Assembly: GCA_964016885.1 (NCBI GenBank)
Contig: OZ024747.1
Location: forward strand, 33,728,001 to 33,792,000
Length of the DNA stretch: 64,000 nucleotides
From: Eledone cirrhosa
Lineage: Eukaryota
Reading direction: 5' to 3'
In this document: positions 23,940 to 37,240 of the stretch, one piece after another
Position numbering within the stretch: position 1 is the stretch's first letter
Layout of the letters: every line of letters begins with the position of its first letter
Notes under the pieces: model-generated
Told to the model about the DNA's origin: nothing
Seen by the model: only the letters and a program-made list of their open reading frames with translations
Database searches by the model: none
Translations under genes and position numbers: made by a program

Positions 23940-24878
23940 GCGTTGATAGTCAGAACAGGATGGAAAAAGTTCAGAGAGCTTATACCGCTGTTGGCCACAA
24001 AGGGTTTCTCTCTAAAAATGAAAGGCAGACTGTATGATGCCTGTATACAAATAGCAATGTTACATGACAGTGAGACATGGGCATTATGTGCAGAGGACCT
24101 GCGCAGCCTGGAAAGGAACAAAGCATGTATGCTCTGTGGGGTGTGTAATAGTAATATACATGAACAACAAAGCATAAATGAACTAAGTGAGAAATTAGGA
24201 ATAAGAAGGATCAGATGCTGTTTACTCGAGAGAAGACTACATTGGTATGGTTACGTGATGCGCATGAAAGACAACAGCTGTATAAAAAAGTGCAGGGCGA
24301 TTAAAATAGACGGAAGCTACGGAGTAGGTAGACCCAGAAAAACCTGGGACGATTTGATAAATTCCGACCTTACACACTTACACCTCTCTAAGACAATGTC
24401 ACTGGACCGAGATCTTTGGCACTACGCAGTAATACAGAAGACCCGCCTTGCCTATGTACAAAGTGAAACCTACAATCAGTAGGCACCTCTTAACCAAATA
24501 TACACTCCAATCCACTACCCCTACCCTATCCTCCCACAACACTACCCTCTCTCTGTAACGTTGGTACCACAACATCCAGTTCAAATAAATGAGATAATGA
24601 GATCGAGAATGAGATCGTGTAGGTGTCACGACAAAAAAACACACAGTCCACGCTGTAATGTGGCCGTGTAGGTAACACGGTAAAAAGTTCCCAGTCCACA
24701 CTGTAAATGTGGTTGTTGTTAGGAAGGGCATCCAGCCATAGAAAACCTTCCAGATAGTCCTATATGAGTGAGACATGGTTACTCGACCAATCTTGCCTCA
24801 AATTGGGACAACTCCCGTCTAACCCATGCTAGCATGGAAGATAGACGTTGAACGATGATGATGATGATGATGATGATG
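23940..24878 (+). mobile_element. 5'-truncated RTE-like LINE, family A (C-terminus, 3' UTR, (GAT)n tail)
   Basis: ORF 23943..24482 WKKFRELIPLL...GRPRKTW; 3' UTR ggttgttgttaggaagggcatccagcc; gatgatgat tail. Confidence 0.93.
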
Positions 24879-25560
24879 TTGCTGATCTTGTGCCCAAATT
24901 AGAAACTGACCATTGTACATGCAATTCTCAAATATGATCCAAATGATGGCTTCTCACCCATGTGTGGGTGGTTAATTCTAATTGTTTTCTAGGATTTAAA
25001 TTATGTATTTTTATTAATTATTCTATGTTTAAGGCATATCAATTATTTAACATGTCCTAATATACATTTTATAAGAGTGGGATAACATCCATAAGCTCAG
25101 CTGGTCTCACTTGAGGATCCAGCAGGATCTGGAGATGGTTGCTTCTGACAAGACCTGTTGAAAGGTGTGTTTGAGATCTCTACCTCTCTTAGGAATATGT
25201 GGGAGAAGAAGAAGTGGAAGATCTTTATCTCTCCCCTCATGTTTATATAAATTTGTCCTCACTACAGCGTATGTAAGCCCTGTATAGAATCAAACCGAAC
25301 TTCAAATTTAAACATAGTTGAACAATGCAAGACCCCTTACCACCTCCCAAACACACACATTACAATTAGTGAAAACATTAATTTTAATTGATACCCTCAC
25401 AAAAAAAAGCAGGATAAAAAGCAACAACAAAATGAATCTATCATTTGCTAATGTTTTGGGTTAAAAAGAGTGACTCAACTTGAGAGAGCTGGAAGAAAGA
25501 GAGAAAGAAAAAGTATGGCTAAATTGGTATAACTAAGTGAGGATAGTCTATATGTATTCT

Positions 25561-25832
25561 TGAGTGAATAACAATATCATAATAATATATTATTAATATT
25601 TGGTTTGTTTACTAGTAAACAGCCTCATAAAACACAAACATGGGAGATGACAACACCATCCTTTTGTTCCAGTAGTAGCTGAGAGAAAATAATCGACAAT
25701 TGACAATTGTTCTGAGTGTCTTGCTCCTTGTCAAGTTTGTGTTTTCTCCACATGGTGTTTTATGAGGCTGTCTACATGTAAACAAACTGAATATTAATAA
25801 TATTATGATATATTTTTATTATTATTCACTCA
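25561..25832. mobile_element. MITE-like element with ~85-bp imperfect TIRs
   Basis: tgagtgaataa...gtttgtttac..gta.acagcctcataaaacac is mirrored at 25745-25832. Confidence 0.78.
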
Positions 25833-26129
25833 TGTTAAGAGCGAAAGCAAATTTTGTTTTTTATAGTCTATATGGCTATAGATTAATAGTGAGAAGCATC
25901 TCATTGGAATCCTTACAAGTAACGTACTGATTTAATTGAATTTCCCCTACCCCAAAATTGTTGGTGTTGTGCCTAAATTATAAAACCTTATTCCGTTTTT
26001 TTATATTTTTGTTTGTATTTACTTATTAGTGTGTGTGTTTTTGTTGTTGTTGATCTCACCTTTTGTTGTTGTAAATCTCACAATCTTAAGCGATTGATAT
26101 TTTCAAGCTGATGTTATGGTTATCTGAAA

Positions 26130-26206
26130 GATGGGTGTCAGATGTTTGAGCAGGGGCGCAATTTCACTGCTTGCAATAGGTGTTATTTTCCTTTGTTACG
26201 CCTCTG
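26130..26206. mobile_element. hAT-type MITE terminal remnant (related piece at ~11968-12025)
   Basis: aggggcgcaatttcactgcttgcaatagg...gttacgcctctg; the core motif recurs at 11980-12023. Confidence 0.5.
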
Positions 26207-26781
26207 CCCACTATTTTCTACTTTTCCTTTTTCTCTATTTTATCTTTGTTCTCCCCTCCCCAACCTTGATAGTCAATACAGGAAATGTTTGTTACTTTTA
26301 AGCTTTCTCTTCTCTTTCCTCAGTCAGAAAAAGATCTTTGTTGTTCTGACGTAACTCACATAAAGAAACTGTAACCCTATTTAATCTATCATGAAAATTA
26401 CTGGCGGTAGAGCCACCTCAGCCTACATTCTTACCACCACGGAATGAATTCAGCATCTCAGTCTAAAGCGGTTTAGCTCTGATCATGCATACTTCATAAT
26501 TAAAATTATTCCTCCCATGACCATTCAAACTTTGTTTTTTACAGATACAGTATAACTGGTATTACATTATTCAATATGTCCTACCTTCGTTAAAGATGGA
26601 TGACATGTAAGTGAAATTTGGCTGCTATATCTAACAAGACGAAGATCAATAATTTGTTATTGTTGTTGATGTTTAAGACTAGGTCCTTTCTGATCAATTA
26701 ACCTTTTTACTGCATTTCTAATGAAAGACACTGTATTTCAATTAATTAATGAAGAATTTTGAGGAGATTTACTAAAATTAT

Positions 26782-26954
26782 TACCGTATTTCCCAGTGTC
26801 GAAGATGCTACTTTTTTCCTGAAATAAATCTCAAAAATCTACCATGCATCCTGGAGGCCAAAAGTAATTTATTATTTTTTTTTCAAATTTTTGGTTGTTA
26901 AAATTAGGGTGCGTCCTCGAAGACGAAGCGTCTTCGGCACCAGGGAATATGGTA
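26782..26954. mobile_element. Tc1/mariner (Tc2-like) MITE
   Basis: TA|CCGTATTTCCC...GGGAATATGG|TA, with subterminal cgaaga/tcttcg symmetry. Confidence 0.75.
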
Positions 26955-27842
26955 ATTATTTCATTACTAAGATTGTAACTTAACAGATGGCTGTCATATA
27001 AATTTATGTTGGAACTTTTTAATTTAAATAGAAAACCTTTAAAATGGGTGGTTTTATTTATAGAACCAGAGCCAGTTTTGGCTGGGCTAGTAACAAAAGG
27101 TTTTAATGAATCAGCAGAGATTTACCTATTACCAAAAGAATTCCAGCAGTGATCATCTACTTTCCTTTTTAAAGTGTATTTTAGATTATATTATCTACTG
27201 GCTACTTCTCTTTATCTAAAGACAGTTTAGTCTAACGTATGCAAGCTTTGGCTGCTATTTCTTGCAGACTGAGTGATGATGAGTCTGTCTATAAGAATTG
27301 TAAGCTAACAGCTATAGCCGAAGAAACAGATAAGCATCTTTCTAAAACCATTAAATCAACTCAAAATATTTTCTGAAGATATAAGCTTGTAGTTTAGTAT
27401 AAACAAGTATTGATGATTAAAAAAGTAAGTAAAGTATTTGAGTTTGAAGAAGTGCGACCACTTGATAAAAATAGATAAAAATCTATTGAGAAAAATGAAT
27501 ATAAAATACATAGCATTGTAAAGTTTGATAGGAAAAGAGAAGAAAATAATGTTTGCAATTGAATATTATTCAGACGCTTTAAATTGATTCTAAGTTCTAA
27601 ACTGAAGAAACAAAAATTATGGCAGTCAATAGATCGGCTGTTGGAATGGTAATGAGTTATGGAACTGAAGTACTAAAATGGAAAATTAAAGACCTGAGTA
27701 GTTATATCAGAAGAGAAACAAAACCAGAAAAAAATCGTAATGTACATTATATTTTATCCATAGAAACTACATAGATTGATTATATTTAGGAAAGTGGTAC
27801 ATAAAAGAGGTTTGTTTATGAGCTAACCAACAAGTATCTATC

Positions 27843-28025
27843 TATGAGGATCAGCTCAAAATATCATAGGCTGACCAAGATACTCTCATGGAATGACTAA
27901 ATGAGGCTTATTTTTCAACATAGTCACTGGAAAGAAACAATGTTGAAATTAATGCATGCAAAATTTCATATCTCTAGCATCACTCCTTCATAGTCAGCCT
28001 ATGAACTTTTCTGCTATCCCTCGTA
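27843..28025. mobile_element. Mariner-derived MITE (copy 1 of 4)
   Basis: TIR consensus tacgaggg...gaaaagttcataggctgac / gtcagcctatgaacttttc...ccctcgta; TA termini. Confidence 0.82.
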
Positions 28026-28539
28026 GTTAGCTGTCCTAATAAATATAACAATCAAATCTTCCCCATATCACACCTTACAGTTTGGAAAATTGGAAAGCAC
28101 ACATAGGATAGTGTAGTCTTAGATACTCCTAAATATATTAGATAGTCATGACTGGAATATTTTTAATCATAGATTTGTTTGATCAGAATTGACTTGGGAA
28201 TAAGTAACAACAGAAACTTTATTTAACAATATATTGTAAAAGATCTACCAACTATAAACAAAATCAGAACTTCTTACCTACTTTACAGCTTCCATTGCTT
28301 CACATATTTTCTTTATCTTCCCATTATAATAATTATAAAAATTATTTTTATGTTTATTTTGCCTCCAACTAGCCTTCCCATCTTAAATTTATTATATTTT
28401 ATTTTCACTCATTTCTCTTCATCCTGTTTTTTGTTTCTTAACTGTAAAAAGTATTAGATATTTTCCCTAGTCTGCCATGACTTATTAGCTCTATATGGAC
28501 GTTTAAATCGATTAAATGAATAACTTTTTACATCTTAAA

Positions 28540-28950
28540 AGCCGACCTTACCCAACTACACCTCTCAAAGTCAATGACACACGACCGTGACTTCTGGCGT
28601 CACGCAGTAATACAGGGTACCCGACCTCCCATGGGTACATGCTGAAGCATATAAACAATATGCCCCCCCCCCCACCGCAAGGTGGTCGTGGAGGTGCCAC
28701 GGCAAAAAAGCACCCAGCCCACACTGTAAAGTGGACGTGTAGGCGCCACGAAAAAGCACCCAGCACTCACTGTAAATGAGGTTGGTGTTAGGAAGGGCAT
28801 CCAGCTGTAGAAATCAAGCCAGATCAGTTCCTGTATGAGCAAGGCATGGTCAGCCGACCAGACACTGCCCACAACAGGACAACCCGTCTAACCCATGCTA
28901 GCGTGGAAGAACGGACGTAAAACGGTGATGATGATGATGATGATGATGAT
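28540..28950 (+). mobile_element. LINE family A 3' UTR with (GAT)n tail
   Basis: Matches the 3' ends at 24480-24878 and 62163-62480. Confidence 0.88.
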
Positions 28951-29056
28951 CTTGTAATGACTTAGGAGAAAATGTGTTTGTTAATTCAAATGTTTACAGT
29001 CATTCTCTATCTTACCCTTCATTCCTCCATGGAAAATTTTAGCCAGTATAATAGTG

Positions 29057-29330
29057 TAGGTGTGTGGCCTAGAGGCAGGGGTATTGGACCTATGATCATA
29101 ATGTGGGTTTGATTCCTGGACTGGGTTGTGTATAGTGCTATTGAGCAAAACACTTCATTTCATGTTGAAACAGTATACTCAGCTGAAAATGAGTACCCAC
29201 TGTAGCTGGGGGCTTAACACTGTGATGAACTGGCATCCAGTCCAATATTGTACTTTCAGCTGCTTCATGCCAAGGAAACGAGAATAAGCACTGGCATGAT
29301 GAGTCTGTGGGCTCAAGACAGATTTTAGAA
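29057..29330 (+). mobile_element. SINE family 2 (CORE-like), full length
   Basis: A box gtggcctagagg, B box gggtttgattcctg, CORE-like ttgagcaaaacacttcatttca, cagctgaaaatgagtacc. Confidence 0.78.
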
Positions 29331-31499
29331 TTTTTTTAGATAGAGATAGATATGGAATGTTAACATTCTTTGTTTGCAGCTTTTTCTTGTAACCACTCAG
29401 CTCAAAATTTCCCTTACAACAATATTTAGGTCTGTGCAATCTATCAATGTTGAAGTAATTATCATAAAACACATCTTTTGCTGAATTGGACACTTAATCA
29501 ATAAGTCACAGTCTTAACTAGAGCTCTATGACTAGTTAACAAAAGGATCTTGACAATAGGTTGGACCTAATAAAGAAAGTTATTGAGAAAGATACAGAAT
29601 TATCTGATGAACAACTGAAGAATGTAATGTTGGAGTGTATGAGATAGAAAGGTTTTATCTTGCCATCATCCAGAAGTGGATGAATTTAGTAGCTTAGTTA
29701 GTAAAAAGATTCCATCATAATTTTATGTAAGAAACTTTGTTAAGTTATGTTCCAAAAGAGAGTCATTGAGGAAGATACAGAACTACTGAAGCAGTTAATG
29801 TTGAATCGTGTGAGATGCAATGGTTTTATTAGGTCACTACAAAGAAGTGGATGAATTTAGTAAAAAGCATTGAAAAGACCAACTGAAGTTACCATTGAAG
29901 GTGTAGTGAAGTTGACCTTAGTGGGATTTGAACTCAGAGAAGCAAAGAGCTAAAAAAAATACCACAAAGCATTCTATCCACCATTCTAATGACTCCACCA
30001 ATTCACTGCCTTTAGAATGAAAGGAACCAGGCTAACTGCTACAAAAAATGTTTGATTTTTTAAACCATTGTGCCAATTCATCTTATTAACCAAAAAATCC
30101 CAAGCACATGTGTATGTAAAGATTTTTTCTTGAGAAACATGGCTGTATACATAACTAGTTAAGTTAACTATGATGATGTCGAATTACACAGCTTATCTCA
30201 ACTTACAAGGAAAGGCCTGAAGCTGAAATATAGAATATAAATGGAAAATAGATTTGGTGACTGAGCAATTCCAAATCTCACTGGAACACAATTATCCATT
30301 TAGCAAATACTTTTCCTGACAATTTTCAATTTCCTTTTTTTATGACATAACTGTATTGAAAAATATTTCTATATTTCTGATTTCTGGGGAAATGGTTAGA
30401 CTTAGTAAGGTAACTATTATTTAAAAAAAACATATGGCAATTAATTTTCCATACAGTAGTATTATTCTTACTGGTCTTAGTCTTTAGACTGCTACCATTC
30501 TGGAGCACTTTTGTCAAGGGTTTCTATTTAATTATATTGATCCCCAATAGTTAGTCATGTGATTAATTGAATTATTGATTTCTGTTTACTGAATGACTAA
30601 GTTTTCTTATAAAAGAAAATGACTTGATATCTAACCACCACAAATAATTTTATATGGTTTATACTAATGTACACATAGATATGTATATATTCTGTTATTA
30701 ATTTTATATAGTATTTTATTCATAATCTATCATAATGCATATTTCTGTGGTGTCAATATTTACATAATGCTGTCATTACACAACTACCAACATCACTTCT
30801 TCAGACAGCATTTAAGTAATAAGGTTGTTATGTAATAAGGTTCTTAATAGCTCCTTTCTCTTATTTTCATCAAAAATGGGAAATCACATGAGACCTAAAC
30901 TTCAAAAATGTGTATCATTTTCGATTTCAAACCCCTAAATCAATAAAGATTAATTGGTTTGATTTCCAAATCAATTCCCTTGTAGCCCATGTAATCAAAG
31001 CTGTTCCAACTCACTTTTCAGATATAGTTTCTCAGACTTCCTTATCCAGTAAGTCTTTCTTTCCATTGAAGATGCTAGAACACGTTTTGAAAGTAATTTA
31101 GCTGCTGTATCTGGCAGATCAATCGATCAATCATGTGCTCTAAATCAGTTATAAACATTTATATTTATATTTGTCGGACTTCCAACAAATTAAATACCCC
31201 CTTTACTTATATATATATATATGGCGTTGTTATTTGGCGTTGTTGAAAAGAGCAGTGGCCTTTGACTTGGCAATAAAAACTGGAGACAAAATTCTTTCTG
31301 TACCAAAACCAAGTCACACACACAGAAGTTTGTGTGTGTGTATGTATATATGTGTGTGTGTGTATATGTGTGTGTGTTTGTGTGTGTGTGTGTGCGCGTT
31401 TATGTGTGTGTGTGTGTGTATCTATCTATGTATATATATGTCACCAAGCTTCTCAATTCATGCGTTGCTAGTATTTTATTTTGCTACGAGGTACTATTT

Positions 31500-31712
31500 C
31501 CCCCCTTAGTTTGTGATTCGAGAGAAAGGTAAGAAATTCTTCATATTTTGCTTCTTTTGTATTTTGACTATACAGTTTGAATTGTATATTGTATAATTGA
31601 TATCAAAATCAGTGGTATATTGAAAAATGGAAAAATAGGGTAGGGGCGTTTCGTGATTTTGAGAGGCAAAAGGGGGCGTTTGGCCGAAATGGGTTGAGAA
31701 CCTTTGATGTAG
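31500..31712 (-). mobile_element. hAT (Charlie-like) DNA transposon terminal fragment
   Basis: Minus strand begins caaaggttctcaacc, which resembles the CAGTGGTTCTCAA terminus. Confidence 0.5.
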
Positions 31713-32654
31713 ACTTTCCCTGAATGGTTCGAAGAGATGTTTTACTTTTAGTGAATGTAGCATTCTCCAGATGCGAGACAAATATTCCCCTGCTGAGAGA
31801 GTTATTTCAAATCTAATAGAAATATAATTACATAATTAGTTAATATCGCTGTGTTTTATTAGTATTTTAAAATATAGAAGTATTAAAAATAAAAGTCCTA
31901 TATCAAATATATTTTGTTCAATTTCAAAAATTAGTGAGATTTATATGTATCATTTAGATAGTGAAGGATAATTTATGTTTTCACAATGGTACACTTTGTG
32001 TAGTCAGACTGTCTGCACACTATTAAAATATCACAAAATATGTTATTATAGATTCTATTTTAAAAAAAGATAAATAGTAACAATATTTGAGGCAAAATGA
32101 AGCATACATTAGAAAAATAAAAAAATCAATAAAAAAAATCAAACAAAAAAAAAAAATGAAAAGAAAACTATTGTGCATTAGAAAAAACAACAAATCCAAA
32201 GCAAAGAAAGAACCTAAAACTTCAAATTTTGAATTATTAATTCATATATGATATCAATTTGGATGTAATTCATGAATGATGTTATTTTAAAACATATTAT
32301 TTTCTCGTACTTTCTTACTTAATAATAAGAAAGAAGCTCAATGAACAGATTTAGGTATGTACATAAGTAGGATCTATCATTGACTGATGACTACTATAGC
32401 AATACAACAACTGAGAACACACTGGTATATACATCTTATATTTAACTACATTACTACAATGTCTAAAGTCTGTCCTGAGAGCCTGGAGGTTCATTAGGTC
32501 AGTGCTTATCCCAATTTTAGAAGTTTATCTCACAATCATGATGTATTGCATTTCTGTTTTTAACCATAGTCTTGGGTTGATCCAAAACCTTGTAAGTGAA
32601 ATTTAATAACCAGAATTCGATTGGAAGCATTTCAGATTGACTGTAAAATGTTTA

Positions 32655-32912
32655 AAGTTTCTCTTTGGGCTGGCACTTATCACGGTTTCTGTGGTGTTAA
32701 GCAACTGATAGTAAAAGACACCCACTGGACAGGATGTTAGTCCATTACAGATTTAAACACCCAGCTATTTCTGGAACTCATTTTCACTATAGTGGAGCAA
32801 TGTGAAATGAAGTGGTTTGCTCAAGAACACAATACACAACTCAGTCCAGGTATCAAACCCATAACTTTATGATCGTAAGTCCAACACCCTTACCACTAGG
32901 CTACACAGCACC
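32655..32912 (-). mobile_element. SINE family 2 copy
   Basis: Similar to 17466-17750. Confidence 0.75.
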
Positions 32913-33071
32913 ACTGGTGGAAAATTTGCATGGAAAATGAGGTTTAAGATAGAGAATGAATAATTGAATGAAATCTTAGAAATGCATCTGATATACATCA
33001 CTACCGGATCAAATATACATAACATTACAGAGATTATGTCATGGTTAAATTAATATTGTGAGTATTAGATA

Positions 33072-35060
33072 TGTAGCAGTTGCCTCCCTTATTGTGACTC
33101 ACAACCCCAATAGATTAACAACATCTAGACGGGAAGTAGAACCCTTTCTGTAACTTCCGGTCAGAACCCTATAAAACTAACAACTTTAAGTTCTCACTCT
33201 CTCATTTGTCCTTCCGGCGCCTGGCCTTCGCCAGGCATCCTGCGTTTTCCTGGCAATCAAAACGGTAACTACTAACTTTATTTCATTCTTTCGTTTATTC
33301 ATTGACATGTCAACTATACTGTTAAATTGTTGATTAAATATTATACACACAAACCATGTCTCCTTGTTACATTCATACACACGAGTTCTCCGCTAAATTG
33401 GTAACCCTGACGTGATACGAACACGCAGCCGTTCATTGTTATAAGTGGTCACCCCCAAAAAAGAAAAAAATAGCAGAATCTGGTGTTGTGTGAGTAACAT
33501 TTCGAATACACAGCAAATTTTGTTGACAAACTATGAAAATACGCAGTCAAAGAAACGCACATGTGAAATTTTCGCACAGACAGACTTTTTCTCTCACGCA
33601 TCAACTAACTGTCGCATTTCACGATATATATATATGTTTCTCGTTTCTTACAACGAACACTTTCAAAACAAAAAAAAAAAAGAAATTTGATATTTTAAAA
33701 AAAAACATTTCAACAGGAACATTTATTTTCGATGAACCATTGCCTTTTTTTTCATCCTTTTCTTCATCGTTCAAGTTTTTTTTTTCAAAAGTTCACACCA
33801 ATAATTATGCTAAGTGAAGCCTTTCTTTTTCATCATTGTCACTTTCACACACACATTTTTTTCAAAATTGCTGCCAACGACCTGTTGCACTTTCATTTTC
33901 TCGCGCGTTAGAAATATTATTTTTTTCAACCTAACTTAACCTTGTATTGGCACGTGTAGGCAGCACAAATTCTCAACTCACGGAGATATCTCGACTCACA
34001 GAGATAGCCGCACGCCAGAGATAACGTTTCTCTCAAGGATTCTTCAGCCTTAAGCTATATTCTCCTATTTGCCGGTTTAAAAATTTACCACGTGAATTTG
34101 CCGTTGAAAACTGCGTATTTATTCAGAATGCTTATTTTTTGGTCGCTGGTCTCTTGACCCTTCTAGGTCAACGCATTCTCAACATCGACCATCAACTTCG
34201 GCTGTTATTTCTAACACTTTGCGCAACTCATTTTTTCCGAAAAAATTTTTTTTACTGTGAATTTAAACACCGAATACGCTCACTCCGCGGGACAACAACA
34301 TCAACAGCAACACAGCTTCATCAACAACCAAAACCAGCAGAACAAGCCAGAGAATTTATTTTTGCAGCACTCTTCCTGTGAGAAAATCCATTCGGAGGTT
34401 GGAAATTTCACGATATACCACAGAACAGAAACCACCTGCATTCATTCTCTGGAACACACTTTCTTTCCTGCTGTCATGTGATTGCACACCTGTGAACTAT
34501 ATTTTGTACATTTGAACTTTGAGCTCTTCTCTTACTTTATTACATTGTATCTTTGGGTGATGGATAGATAGATGTCCAGTCGTTCTCTGGCCAAGAGCGG
34601 TTGGCTACCTTGACATCTATCATTGATTTTTGCAAACATTCTTTTGTTGTAATTTTCATGCCTGTTACAACATTCTCGCCAACTTGCTACATATTTCATT
34701 CGATTTTTATATTCTAAAATTCTGGCGGGAGGTTATGTAGCAGTTGCCTCCCTTGTTGTGACTCACAACCCCAATAGATTAACAACATCTAGACGGGAAG
34801 TAGAACCCTTTCTGTAACTTCCGGTCAGAACCCTATAAAACTAACACCTTTAAGTTCTCACTCTCTCATTTGTCCTTCCGGCGCCTGGCCTTCGCCAGGC
34901 GTCTCGCGTTTGCCTGGCAATCAGAACGGTAACTACTAACTTTATTTCATTCTTTCGTTTATTCATTGACATGTCAACTATACTGTTAAATGGTTGATTA
35001 AATATTATACACACAAACGATGTCTCCTTGTTATATTCATACACCCAGTAACCCGCTAAA
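33072..35060 (+). mobile_element. Non-autonomous LTR retrotransposon (TRIM/LARD-like)
   Basis: LTRs at 33072-33397 and 34736-35060 are highly similar. 4-bp TSD GATA, PBS and PPT (ggcgggagg) are present. The 1.34-kb interior has no gag or pol ORF. Confidence 0.95.
33399..33416 (+). promoter_or_regulatory. Primer binding site, tRNA-Trp-like
   Basis: TGGTAACCCTGACGTGAT versus the tRNA-Trp complement TGGTGACCCCGACGTGAT (2 differences), 1 nt after the 5' LTR. Confidence 0.85.
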
Positions 35061-35594
35061 GATATGTTAATTACAAATAATTATGTGGCAAGGAAAAGAC
35101 AACATTATCTTTTAATAATTTCAGAAATATCAGTGGAAACTCTGAATCATTTCAGTCTTATTCGATCTCAGCCAACTTAAGACTTCATTCTACTGACCAA
35201 AGTACATATATAATGGTAAGAAACTCTCAGGAGAGCTGAACAGCAGGAGTTCTTCAGAGAAGAAACACCCTTAAGCAAGTGTTTTGGCCCTTAACTTATA
35301 TGAGTGTACAATGCACTGGGAAAAAGCTTCAATTGAGGAATGGGGTGAAGAAATAAAATAGATGGTGATGAGTCAAAATCTTACGAAATTTAAGTACAGG
35401 TATAAAATTTGCCACAGCCATAGTGGTCAAATTGCTTGATTATTAGCTCAATCTGTTTGAATTATGAAATCAGTTCAATATCACTATCTACTCATGCTTT
35501 AAAGCATGATGACAGAAGGTTAAAAGAATTTGATAAGTAATTAAAAAGATTTAACCCATTTGATACTAAACAGCCTGGAACTGTCTTTAGACCT

Positions 35595-35795
35595 ACAAGG
35601 GTTGACTGAAAAGTTCAAAGGCTGAACATGATACTTTCATGGAATGACCAAATGAGGTTTATTTTTCAACATAGTCCCAAGAAAGAAGCAATGCAGTTAT
35701 TAATAAAAGGAGTTGAAATTAATACATTCAAGATTTCACAACACTAGCATCACCCCAACATATTTGGCCTATGAACATTTCAGCTGACACTTGTA
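35595..35795. mobile_element. Mariner-derived MITE (copy 2)
   Basis: tacaagggttgactgaaaagttca...tatgaacatttcagctgacacttgta. Confidence 0.82.
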
Positions 35796-36989
35796 CAATA
35801 CTAAGCTGTGTATTTTAAAGTGTTTACTTGATAAACACATATCTGTTCTGCGAGTGCAATAGTACTTTGCTCTGAATGTAAGAGCCAATGTCTCATCAGG
35901 CTGTGAAGTAATTCTGCAGGTGTTTACACACCTTCCACCATGACACCAGAGCTACTTGAGACCACCTACTGTTGTATGTGATAACATTCCTGTACAACAG
36001 CACAATCTTATATGAGCCTGAAGTTGTGAATCAGTTCATCTCAACACATCAGAACAGCATGAAATTCCATGAATTGATTGTTGTGACTCTGAACAAGGTA
36101 TCTCAATTCACATCAAAGTGTCAGCCACAGCATTCATTCCCTTTAAAACCAGATGTAATGACTCTCTTTCTCAACTACATCCAATAATGCCCTCAAATGT
36201 AACATTGATGTTGACCTTCCAACAAACAGTATGGTCCACCATCTTTACCACCTATTTTTCCTTACACCACAAGGCAAGTTTTGGTCTGCTGGTGGCAAAA
36301 TGAGCAAAGTAGTATTTACCATCCAGGTCAACTGAGTCCTTCTAGTTTGGATCAATCTTCTTTCTCACAGTGTCTGGCTTGCAGTGATTTCCTTCTTTAC
36401 AGACCCTCACCCTGCTCTTCTCCCCTACTTGTGATCTCTCACTGTGGTTCATCCTCTCTCCCACTGCACCAGTCAGTACTCTAAGCCTTCAATTATAATT
36501 TATATAAAAGCAGTTTAATAATGATTAGGTTAATTATATTATTATATCCCTCCAAATCCTTAATTATTTTCAAATGCCTTTGCCCTAAAAGAAGTGGTTT
36601 ACATCAGTGGATGCAAACAAAGTCACAGGTTTGATATCAGAGAGACTTTCTCCTAGAAAGATGTCTTACTAGGAGACCATCACACAAAAAAACAACAGGA
36701 GAAGGCAGTTGACTCTCCTGAGTTCTTCCACCCTTTGACGGGTTTTGTTATTCATACCATAGGGCATCCAAAATCACACTCCTCACTAAGCAAGCTTAAT
36801 AAGGCATTTCGTTTAGTTGCTGATGACACGACCATGCACAGGTTGTACTGGGTTCCATGTTAGCAGAAGTGCTGAAGAGTGAGCTGACATATATATATGA
36901 TGGCTGCCCCCTCATTATTGAGTATGGCCATTGCACAATATACCATTATTAATAATTATTAATTAATTCTATCGGGCAATGCTTGTGCA

Positions 36990-37240
36990 TGAATATTTTT
37001 TTAAAAGTGAGGAAAGACTGTGCACTGAGCCAATCCGACTCTCTGAGTGACAGTAACTAGAACCCGAAAAGAAGAAAAGATCAACATCATCGGTAACTAC
37101 TGAGCCGCAGGTTTTACATCGGAGTTATACTAGTTTCCTGAGTTGCCTTCTTCTAGAGGAGTGCCTTGACGAAGGCTAGGAGTCCTTCACTCCCAGTGGT
37201 TTAACTGTGCGATCAGGTATCCTGCCTTTCTATGTCCCCG
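36990..37240 (-). mobile_element. Short repeat resembling an RTE 5' UTR (second copy at ~48700-48960, +)
   Basis: Reverse complement aligns with 48735-48960 and contains an RTE-like ctaggagaaggca.ctcaggaaact. Confidence 0.7.

Noticed and set aside
34018-34051. Minus-strand CTGAAGA...GAAACGTT inside the LTR element
   Set aside because: Stem I cannot form and stem II is only 2 bp, so it is probably chance.
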